Below are positions 56,007 through 64,000 of a stretch of 64,000 nucleotides of DNA, piece by piece; position 1 is the stretch's first letter, and each line of letters begins with the position of its first letter. Where the stretch lies: contig CAWITR010000003.1 in the NCBI GenBank assembly GCA_963839145.1, positions 73,306 to 137,305 on the forward strand, in the 5' to 3' direction. Under the pieces are notes generated by a model. That model saw nothing but the letters and a program-made list of their open reading frames with translations, did not search any database and had not been told where the DNA came from. The stretch comes from an uncultured Alphaproteobacteria bacterium (lineage in GTDB: Bacteria; Pseudomonadota; Alphaproteobacteria; Sphingomonadales; Sphingomonadaceae). Made by a program: the position numbers and the translations under genes.

Positions 56007-58935
56007 TCATCTGCGGCCGTACCATTCTTCCAGCCGCATCAGCTGGTCGTAATCGCCATAAGGCGCATAGGCCGGGTGAAGCTTGGCGGTGAACTCCTTC
56101 GTGCCGGTTAGATAATCGGCCGCCGCCGCGGTGAATTGCGCTTCGGCATGCGCGAGAAATTCCTCCGGCCCCATTTTCTTATCCGGGCGAACGCACTTGC
56201 CGAACTGGTCGCCATATTTGGTCAGCGACCAATATTCGTACGCGCAGGGCCGCCCCTTCGCCACTTCGAAGCCTCCCGCCCGCGCGATAAGGCCGAGCAG
56301 CCCGAGCTGTAGCGAAAATCCGGCGTCCACGGCCTTCTGTGCGGGCGCCTTGCCGGTCTTGTAATCGACGATGGCGAGGCCGCCGTCACTCAGCCGATCA
56401 ATGCGGTCCGCCTTGCCGTAGACCGTCACTCCGGCAACCTCTGCCTCGCCCCACGCTTCCGCAGCCGCCGGGCGCCGGCCCTCGGCGCGATTTCGTCGCT
56501 CCTCTTCCTCGACCCAGCGGATCGCCTCGATCAGCCGCGGCGACCACAAGGCGCGAAGCATCGGGTGAATGGTCTCGGCAGAAAGTAGAGACCGCGCTCG
56601 CTCGAGCAGGCGGTCGGGATCGCACTCGTCCTCCTTGAGCCATTGTTCGAGCACTTCGTGTACGGCCGTCCCCTTCCACGCGGCGCTGTGGTCGGCATCG
56701 ACTCGGTCGATGCGGCGAAGGTCGAGGATCGCCTGCGCATAGAAAGCGAACGGATCGGCCTTCAGCCGGTCGACCGCGGTTACGGAAATGCGCTTCGGCC
56801 GCTCGCTCGCCGGCGGGCATGGCGCAGGCCGCTCGGCGGGCGTCACCTGCCCCGGATCGTCAAGCGCTGCGGTGAGCCGCTCCAGCCGCCGGTCGCGAGG
56901 CAATCCTCCGGTCAGCGCGTCGAGCCGCAACAGGAACCGCGAGGCGACGGTGGGCGAGCGGGAGTCGCGGCGCGACCGCGTGATCAGCACTTCGCCGTGC
57001 GCCCAGCGCGCTCGCAAAATCGTGCGCCGAAAGCCCGATTCGGAACTCCAGCCCCGGAAGACCGAGAGTGGCGCGAACCTTGGGAGGGAGCCAAGGGTCC
57101 GGCGACGGAAGCGCCGGCCAGACACCCTCGTTCAGCCCCCCGAGGATGACGAGATCCGCCTGCTGGAGCCGTGCTTCCAGAAGGCCCCAGATGAAGACTC
57201 GCGGGTGGCCTCCGTAGGCGGGGCGAATGCTCCGGCTCTCAAGCAGGTCGCCAAGGACCGCGACTGCTTCTTCCGCAGTTATGGCCATACGGCGAGCTTC
57301 CGCCGAGTCCTCGATTTCGGCGAGCAGTTCGGCCGCTGCCCGGCCAGATTGCCCCCGCCAGCCGCGGTCGCCGGCGATGGACTCGGCCGACCGGACAAGC
57401 TTCGCCACGAAGCCGGCGAGCGTCTCCGCGCCGGTCATTTCGCCATCGAGGGGCTCCAGCTTTGGCCTGACCCTTTGCCAAGCGGCAAGGCAGCCGCGGC
57501 ACTTTCGATCCTTTTCCTGCTCGGCGAAGTGGCGGTCCAGTCCGTCGAGTCCGGACGGCGGCCGCGGTCCGCGAAGCGCGCGATCGAGCAACCTCACGTC
57601 GTCGAGCCACTTCAGCCGTTCCGAATCCTCCCCGCCAGCGAGCGGATGCTTTAGCAGCGCCAGCAGCGGAACCGGCGCAAGCTCCTCGGAAATGGCCGAG
57701 GCGATGGCCAGGAGCAACGTCCCCGGCGCGAGTTCGGAGAGGGGCTTTCCGGCGCTGTCATCGGCCTCGATTTCCCACCGCGCGAGGAGGGCCGAAACCC
57801 GGCGTGCGAGAGTCCTGTCAGGCGTGATCAGAGCGACCGTTCGCTCCGGAGTTTCTATCGCTTCACGAATAGCCAGCGCGATCGCCTGCGCCTCGGCCGC
57901 GGAATCGGACAGCACCGCCGAACGCACCCCGCTCAGCCGGCGCTCGGCAGAGTTGAGCGTGCTCCATTTGTCCGAATGTCTCGCCGAAGCGAAGGCATTG
58001 GCGACCGCTCGAGACCGCAGCGGGTTCTGTGCCGACGAGCCTACTCGAGGCCACAGCTTCACCTCGTCACGGGCCACACCCATTCGCTCGAGCAGCAGCT
58101 TCAAGTGGAACTGCGGATGGGTCTCCTCGCCGCGCTCGTTCTCATGGGGTCCGAGTGAATCCCACTCCTCTTTGGGCATCGCGCTTTCGCGGGCAAGCCC
58201 TGGAAGAACCACCATTCCGCCGGGCATTTCAGCAATTCGCGCAAGCAGGCCCGCAACGGCGGGTGCGGCCGTGGTGATTCCGGCGGCGACCGTGAAACCG
58301 GGCGGAGGCTGTGAGGCCCAGCGCCTTGCCAGCCGTTCGAGAAGCAGATTGCGCCGCTGCGCCAGGTCAACGCGACCGATCTCCGCCAGGCGTTCGGGCC
58401 AGTCCTTTAGGATCGCCTGAAGCCGCTCCAGTGAAAGTTGCCAGTGGGCGGCGAGGTCGGCCGTTTCATTGGCGACGTCGCGAAGGCGCTCGGGGCTGAC
58501 CTTCTCGACCAGGAGCGAGTCCAGCGTGCGCCCGAGGTCCGCCGCCATTCGAAGCGCCTCGACAGCGCTCTCGCCATCGGCGCGCACAAGCTCGGCGAGC
58601 GCAAGCAGCCGCTGCAGCGGCTCGACGGCGGGCGGGACTGGGTCTTCGAGGTCGGCCGGGTCTAGCGCCCCGCCGATCCGCTCCTCTAGCTCAGGATCGC
58701 CCACCGGGATCAGCCTGGGGAGAATCAGCCCGGAGCCGCTGGCGCGGACAAATGCGTCTGTGATGCTTCGAACCGCACGATTGTTGGGCAGAAGGATTCG
58801 CCCACCAGCCAACGTTTGCGGGTCGCGGCCGAAACGGGCGATGAGTCCGGCCACGAGCGAGTCGGCGAAGGAGCGGTGCGTCGGGATCGTATAGACGGCG
58901 CGCCGCCGCAGGGTCTCGGCGTCGCCTTCAGGCAT
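56007..58935 (-). pseudogene. addB: Double-strand break repair protein AddB (alphaproteobacterial type), frame broken near 56995-57003
   Basis: ORF 56860..58935 reads correctly to ...SAHDFASALGA. The sequence continues as EVLITRSRRDSRSPTVASRFLLRLD... in ORF 56007..57125. Confidence 0.85.
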
Positions 58936-59689
58936 CCTCTAGAGTCAGTTCCGTTGCCTTGATCGATTGCGGAGTGCCGACGTCGAACCACAGCCCTTGG
59001 TGAACGGCGCCAAAGCAACGGCCCTCCTCGATAGCGCGGTCCCACAGGAGGTTTGCCGAGAATGGGCCCTCCGGAGCGCCCTCCAGAAGCCGCTTCGAGA
59101 CCATCTGGATGCCGGTGTAGACGAACGGCGCCACATGGGAGCGCTCGCGGCGCCGAAGCCGCCCCGTCCTGTCCATGTGAAAGTCGCCTCGGCCACCGTG
59201 GTTTTCCGCGCGAGCGTGCGGGACCAGCAAGAGCAAGGCGTCCATCTTGCTTCCGTCCCAGTGCGAAGCGAGCAGCTTCAGCGTGTCCGCCGGGCCGTCG
59301 ATCCAAAGGTTGTCGCTGTTGACCACCAGGAACGGGTCGGAATCGATGAGCGGCGCCGCCTTCACCATTCCGCCGCCGGTCTCGAGAAGCCGAGACCGTT
59401 CGTCGGAAATCGCCACGTCGAGCCCGTGGGCGCTCTTCCCAAGATGCGCTTCCACTGCGTCGGCAAGATAGTGGACGTTGACCACCACCTTCTCCACGCC
59501 CGCCGCTTTCAGCCTCTCGAGCAGGTGATCCAACAGCGATTGCCCGGCCACTTCGATAAGCGGCTTGGGGCGGCTTGCAGTGAGCGGGCGCATCCTTTTG
59601 CCGAGACCGGCGGCGAGCACCATCGCCGTCCTCGGCACCTGGCAGGCGATTTCGGCCTTCAGGCGAAGCGCCTTCGTCACCTTCTTCAT
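58928..59689 (-). CDS. murU: N-acetylmuramate-1-phosphate uridylyltransferase-like nucleotidyltransferase
   Basis: MVLAAGLGKRMRPLT sugar-nucleotidyltransferase motif. ATGA overlap with the kinase gene upstream. Confidence 0.75.
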   Translation of the reverse strand: MKKVTKALRLKAEIACQVPRTAMVLAAGLGKRMRPLTASRPKPLIEVAGQSLLDHLLERLKAAGVEKVVVNVHYLADAVEAHLGKSAHGLDVAISDERSRLLETGGGMVKAAPLIDSDPFLVVNSDNLWIDGPADTLKLLASHWDGSKMDALLLLVPHARAENHGGRGDFHMDRTGRLRRRERSHVAPFVYTGIQMVSKRLLEGAPEGPFSANLLWDRAIEEGRCFGAVHQGLWFDVGTPQSIKATELTLEDA

Positions 59690-60672
59690 GCCGCCTCCGC
59701 CCACGGCGCGGCCCGGTGTTCGGGTGCGATGTTTAGGTCGAACCAGCGCCGGACCGGCTCCAGCTCCGGCCGGGCGAGATCACGTTCGAGCAGGCCCCAC
59801 ATCCGCGGTTGAAAGGCCGTGTAATGGCGCTTGTTGTCGCGCTTCCAGAGCCGCGTGAAAACTCCAAGAATTCGGGTGTTCCGCTGGGCCGCAAGGACCC
59901 AGTAAGCACGCTCGAACGCCTCTCCGGTGCCGGTCGCGGCGATATACCGGTCGACCATCATCCGCTCGATTTCGGGGGAAACGTCGCGCCTCGCATCCTC
60001 CAGGACCGAGGCGAGGTCGTAGGCGGGATGCCCCACGAGCGCGTCCTGGAAATCGAGAAGCCCGAAATGCCGGACGCCTTCGCGGCCGCGCACCAGCATG
60101 ATGTTTTCGGCGTGATAGTCCCGAAGAACTGTCACCGGACCAAGACCGTCCTTTGCAATCGGCTCCAGAGCTTCGGTCCAGGCGGCACGAAACGTGTCCA
60201 CATCCACCGACAGCCGGAGCGCCGGGCAATACCAGTCGGTGAACAGCGCGATTTCCTCCAGCCACTGCTGCAGTCCGTGAGCTGGAAGTCCCTCCATCGG
60301 CGGGTGCGAATGAAGGTGGATCAGAACGTCTGTCGCAAGCGCATAGAGGTCGCCCTCCCGCGCCGGATCGCATTCCACGCATTCGCGCAATCGCCAGTCG
60401 CCGAAATCGGCAAGCAGGAGAAGGCCGTGCTCGACGTCGCGTGCCAGAATCTCCGGTGCGCTAAGCCCGACCGACAGCAGCCATTCGGCCACGGCGACGA
60501 ACGGGCGAACGTCTTCGCGGGCGGGCGGAGCGTCCATGAGGACCGCCGTCCGAGCGCCGTCGATGACCCTGAAATAGCGGCGGAACGAAGCGTCTCCAGC
60601 GAGCGGCTCGACTCGCGCTCCGGCCCAGCCGCTTCGGGCAAGGAATTCATGGACTTCCGGAAGGGGAATCAT
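59686..60672 (-). CDS. amgK: Anomeric MurNAc/GlcNAc kinase-like phosphotransferase (APH fold)
   Basis: Start MIPLPEVHEF. GDASFRRYFRV, catalytic loop LRDYHAENIM, LLDFQDA. ATGA overlap with tsaE. Confidence 0.75.
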   Translation of the reverse strand: MIPLPEVHEFLARSGWAGARVEPLAGDASFRRYFRVIDGARTAVLMDAPPAREDVRPFVAVAEWLLSVGLSAPEILARDVEHGLLLLADFGDWRLRECVECDPAREGDLYALATDVLIHLHSHPPMEGLPAHGLQQWLEEIALFTDWYCPALRLSVDVDTFRAAWTEALEPIAKDGLGPVTVLRDYHAENIMLVRGREGVRHFGLLDFQDALVGHPAYDLASVLEDARRDVSPEIERMMVDRYIAATGTGEAFERAYWVLAAQRNTRILGVFTRLWKRDNKRHYTAFQPRMWGLLERDLARPELEPVRRWFDLNIAPEHRAAPWAEAA

Positions 60673-61118
60673 CGCCGAGACCATCGCTCCTGCCATGCCG
60701 GAGGCACATCTGCTGTCAAGCACCGAGCGCCCTCGCCAGCGAATTCGAGGGCGAGCCGAAGCGCATTCGGCCAAGCATCGCCGCCGGCGCGTTCGGGCCA
60801 TTCCACCAGGAGAGCGGAATCGCCGGCCAACTCGAGCCCGAGCTCTTCAAGCTCGGCGGGGTCCTCGATACGGTACAGGTCGACGTGCCACAGCGACGGT
60901 TGCAGCTCCTCGTACGGCTGAACCATCGCAAACGTCGGGCTCGGCACCTCACCGGAATGGCCGAGCGCGCCGATAATCGCTCGAGCGAGCGCAGTCTTGC
61001 CGACGCCCAGCGGGCCGGACAGAGTGACGACATCGCCGGGCCGAAGCAGCAACGCCAGCTGGCGTCCAAGGTTTGCCGTCGCCCCTTCGTCGGCCAGCAT
61101 CATTTCGGCGCGAGTCAT
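60669..61118 (-). CDS. tsaE: tRNA t6A37 biosynthesis ATPase TsaE
   Basis: LSGPLGVGKTALAR Walker A, PSPTF, HVDLYR. Confidence 0.9.
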   Translation of the reverse strand: MTRAEMMLADEGATANLGRQLALLLRPGDVVTLSGPLGVGKTALARAIIGALGHSGEVPSPTFAMVQPYEELQPSLWHVDLYRIEDPAELEELGLELAGDSALLVEWPERAGGDAWPNALRLALEFAGEGARCLTADVPPAWQERWSRR

Positions 61119-63466
61119 TTCGGCGCGCGGGGGATCGTCATCGTGACGGTGGTCCCCTTCCCTTTCGCGGAGGTCAGCTCCACCCTACCGCCGTGAGCCT
61201 CTATGAACTGCCGCGTCAGCGGCAATCCCAGCCCGAGGGCTGCTTCGCCTCTCGATAAGTCAGGGCTGACCCGGTCGAAGCGGTTGAAGACTCGCGGCTG
61301 GTCTTTCTTGGCTATGCCGGGGCCGTTGTCGCTGATCTGGATAGTCGCGCTTTCTTCGTCGCCCCAGGCTTTGAGCGCGATCTTCCCGCCGCGATCCGTG
61401 TAGGCAGCCGCGTTTTCGAGCACATGCTCGATCAACTCGCGAAGGCGCCGCGCATCGCCGACAACCGTTCCGGTTTCGGGCGAAATGTCGCTCTGCAGCT
61501 TTTGGCCGTACTCGTTCGCGCGCTTGGAGAATTTCTCGACGGCATCCTTGCACAAGCCGGCGATGTCGACGCGCTCCCGCTCGAGCACGCTGGCGGCCGA
61601 GTCCGCCTGAGTCAGGTCTAGCACGTCGTCGATCAGCTTCGACAGGCGCTCCACCAATTCCAGAATAGCGTCGACATAGTCCGACGCCGCCGGCGCGAGT
61701 TCGCCCGCATAGCCTTCGGCGAGCATTTCGGCGAAGCCGCCGATGGAGGTCAGCGGAGTTCGCAACTCGTAACTCATGTTGGCCACGAAATCGGTCTTGA
61801 TCCGGTCGGCTTGCTCAAGAGCGGTGGCGCGCTCTCGAAGAGCCGATTCGATCCGTGTCGAATTGGTGATGTCCACCAGCGTAAAAAGCGCATTGCCATC
61901 CGGCAGCGGCACCGCGGCGAACTCGAAATGGCGGCCGTCCGTCAGCGTCAGACGGCCGTTCGCCCCCTCGCGTTCCCCGGTCGTCTTGCGCACCATCTCG
62001 CGGACTTGTGCGGCCGCAGCGGGATTGACGAGCTTGCGGGCGAGCGCAGGGACCATTTCGTCAACACGCGGATTTTCCGCCAGCCATTCCTCGTCAAGGT
62101 CCCAGATCTGGCTGAATCGCCGGTTCCAAAGGTACAGCCGGCCATCGCTCGCAAACACGCCGATGGCTTCGAACAGATTATCGAACGTCGCCGAGCGGAC
62201 TCGCAGCAATGTGTCGCGGGCGGACGCCAGCCGAGCCTGCTCGGTACGGTCCTCAAGGAACAGCCGAAGCCCACCATCGGGAAGCGGCTGGGCAACCACT
62301 CGCCAATGGTCGCCGCCGGCAAGCATCCAGTCTTCCTCGATAACCTCCTCGGGGCTTGTGAACCACTCGCGCCGCTCAGCCTTCCACGTGGGAAAATCGC
62401 GAGTCTCGGGAACGCGATTCGCTTCGCGCATCCGTTCCAGAACGCGGTCGAACTCCGGCTTGTCATTCAGCCACTCCGCGTCGAGCTGAGCCATCGCCGC
62501 AAACGGGCGGTTGAAAAAACTGAGAGAGCGATCGCCGTCGAATTGCGCCGCGCCGGCCGTCATCCGGTCGACGAGATCGTGCTGCGACTGGATCTGGCGA
62601 TCCAGCTCGGCGCGCGCATCCTCCAGTTGCTGCACATCGAGAGCGAACCCCGCGACCGCACCCGTCGGCAGCGGGACGTTGACCATTTCCAGCATCCGCC
62701 GCTCGCCGCGGACGATTGCCGCCTGCTTGCGAGTCTCCGGCTTTCCGCTTTCGAGAGCGGCAAGTGCGGCCGCTTTGGCGTCGTCCGTGTCGCCAACCAG
62801 CTCGCTGGACTGGGCGATCACGTCGGCTGCATTGCGCCCCTCGACCGCCTCGACGAAGGCGCTGTTGACCAGCCCGAGGTTTAGGTCGGGCCCGCGGTAC
62901 CACATCGGGAACGGAGCAGCCTCGATTAGCCGCGTCAGGGCGTCGAGAGCCGCTTCGCTCTGGCTCAGCCGCTGCGACAGCTTTGAGCGCTCGCTCTCGG
63001 CCGCGCTGGTGTCGAACAACCACAGGATGAGCGTGCCCGCAGGCTCGGGCGCCGGCGCCGGGGCACCGCGCACATCGAGGACGCGGCCGGAACCCGCGAC
63101 CCGGACCTGGCACTCGATCGTGCCGCCGGTGAGCGCCACTTCGCGCACCTTTGTCTCGAGATTCGCAAGATCGTCAGAGACGAGGCCGCAATGCTCGCCC
63201 GCCAGGTCCGCCAGCCATCGCGGCAAATCCTCGACCCCGATTTCGCGAAGAAGGCGCTCGTCTGCCTCAATCGAGCCATCAGGGAAGATGACGAGCGGCC
63301 GCCCCGGTGAAAGACGCAGAAGGTTCTGGAGCGAGCGGGCGGCATCGATGACCCTGCCCGCGTCCCGAGTGCGGCGGACGGCGACGATCGCCAGGGTGCC
63401 GGCAATGACGATCCAAAGCGCAGCCAGCGCTGCGGCGATCACTGCCGTCGTACCAAGCGGACTCAA
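61115..63466 (-). CDS. divL: DivL-type PAS sensor kinase with Tyr in place of the phospho-accepting His
   Basis: N-terminal transmembrane segment and several PAS-like modules. DHp H box reads FVANMSYELRTPL, with codon TAC at 61769-61771. Intact N/G boxes (DNGPGI..., GLGLPL). Confidence 0.7.
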   Translation of the reverse strand: MSPLGTTAVIAAALAALWIVIAGTLAIVAVRRTRDAGRVIDAARSLQNLLRLSPGRPLVIFPDGSIEADERLLREIGVEDLPRWLADLAGEHCGLVSDDLANLETKVREVALTGGTIECQVRVAGSGRVLDVRGAPAPAPEPAGTLILWLFDTSAAESERSKLSQRLSQSEAALDALTRLIEAAPFPMWYRGPDLNLGLVNSAFVEAVEGRNAADVIAQSSELVGDTDDAKAAALAALESGKPETRKQAAIVRGERRMLEMVNVPLPTGAVAGFALDVQQLEDARAELDRQIQSQHDLVDRMTAGAAQFDGDRSLSFFNRPFAAMAQLDAEWLNDKPEFDRVLERMREANRVPETRDFPTWKAERREWFTSPEEVIEEDWMLAGGDHWRVVAQPLPDGGLRLFLEDRTEQARLASARDTLLRVRSATFDNLFEAIGVFASDGRLYLWNRRFSQIWDLDEEWLAENPRVDEMVPALARKLVNPAAAAQVREMVRKTTGEREGANGRLTLTDGRHFEFAAVPLPDGNALFTLVDITNSTRIESALRERATALEQADRIKTDFVANMSYELRTPLTSIGGFAEMLAEGYAGELAPAASDYVDAILELVERLSKLIDDVLDLTQADSAASVLERERVDIAGLCKDAVEKFSKRANEYGQKLQSDISPETGTVVGDARRLRELIEHVLENAAAYTDRGGKIALKAWGDEESATIQISDNGPGIAKKDQPRVFNRFDRVSPDLSRGEAALGLGLPLTRQFIEAHGGRVELTSAKGKGTTVTMTIPRAPK

Positions 63467-63558
63467 AAAACCAGTCCTCCCCTCGCCCCGTCACAAGTTC
63501 ATATGCGCAAGGCGAAGGCAAAACAAAGGGTTGTGCGCCGCTCGGCAGCGGCACGCCT

Positions 63559-64000
63559 TTAGTAGCGGTAATGCTCGGGTTTGAACGGTCCCTCGGGAGA
63601 GACGCCGATATAGGCGGCCTGCTTCTCGTTCAGCTTCGTGAGGTGTACCCCGAGCTTGTCTAGGTGAAGCCGGGCGACTTTTTCGTCGAGGTGCTTGGGC
63701 AGCACGTAAACCTCGTTCTTGTACTCGCCGGCCTTGGTGAACAGCTCGATTTGGGCGAGCACCTGGTTCGTGAAGCTGGAGCTCATGACGAAGCTCGGGT
63801 GGCCGGTTGCGCAGCCGAGGTTCACGAGACGGCCCTTGGCCAGCACGATAATCTTCTTGCCGTCGGGGAATTCGACCTCGTCCACCTGCGGCTTGATCTC
63901 GGTCCATTTCATGTTGGCGAGAGCGCCTATTTGGATTTCTGAATCGAAGTGGCCGATGTTGCAGACGATCGCCATGTCCTTCATCGCCCGCATGTGGTCG
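63559..64000 (-). CDS. ahcY: Adenosylhomocysteinase, C-terminal part (5' end outside window)
   Basis: [13 protein letters not shown]...[18 protein letters not shown]...KLGVHLTKL...YRY is the conserved AhcY C-terminus. Confidence 0.95.
   Translation of the reverse strand, partial: DHMRAMKDMAIVCNIGHFDSEIQIGALANMKWTEIKPQVDEVEFPDGKKIIVLAKGRLVNLGCATGHPSFVMSSSFTNQVLAQIELFTKAGEYKNEVYVLPKHLDEKVARLHLDKLGVHLTKLNEKQAAYIGVSPEGPFKPEHYRY

Noticed and set aside
17106-58935. Programmed ribosomal frameshifting or phase variation as the explanation for the frame breaks.
   Set aside because: The runs are only 2-4 nt long. There are no slippery heptamers with downstream structures, and none of these families is known to use recoding. 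Three compensating shifts inside 270 bp of addA make no regulatory sense. Sequencing or assembly indels are the simpler reading.
1-64000. CRISPR arrays, IS elements, toxin-antitoxin pairs, restriction-modification systems and other defence systems.
   Set aside because: No regularly spaced repeats, transposase, integrase or nuclease/ATPase gene combinations were seen on either strand. The only repeat found is the 13-mer inside ssrA.

Overview
High-GC (~65%) chromosomal segment that looks alphaproteobacterial and probably Sphingomonadales. That placement is inferred from a circularly permuted two-piece tmRNA, a DivL-type kinase, AddAB instead of RecBCD, EcfG-type promoter motifs and conserved gene order. 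All product names come from motifs read by eye; no searches were run. I support about 65 tightly packed protein genes, one tRNA-Asn and one tmRNA. Most are housekeeping: secA, mfd, recG, tyrS, accD, folC, pyrF, trxA, nadK, putA, addA/addB, rluB, rsmD, tsaE, ahcY and mscL. Murein turnover and recycling genes are unusually frequent: rlpA, ldcA, a MurC/Mpl-like ligase, two tandem ampG genes, a DUF1343/NamZ-like gene, amgK-murU, two L,D-transpeptidases and two beta-lactamase-fold hydrolases. I found no CRISPR array, transposase, integrase, prophage or recognisable defence island, and no convincing new multi-gene system. The most useful observations are: (1) the tmRNA gene, which an ORF track cannot show; (2) nine single-base frame breaks in seven genes, all at short homopolymer runs, including three compensating ones inside addA, which most likely reflect assembly indels rather than decay; (3) a DivL-type kinase with Tyr replacing the phospho-accepting His; (4) GGAAC-N16/17-CGTT promoter motifs in front of small acidic proteins; (5) a MurC-like ligase / 2H-like / NT5C-like operon next to ldcA, and tandem ampG genes divergent from a stand-alone Rieske oxygenase; (6) two paralogous methyltransferase-fold proteins that carry export signals. 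Many long ORFs in the track are antisense or alternative-frame artefacts of GC-rich DNA and were rejected.
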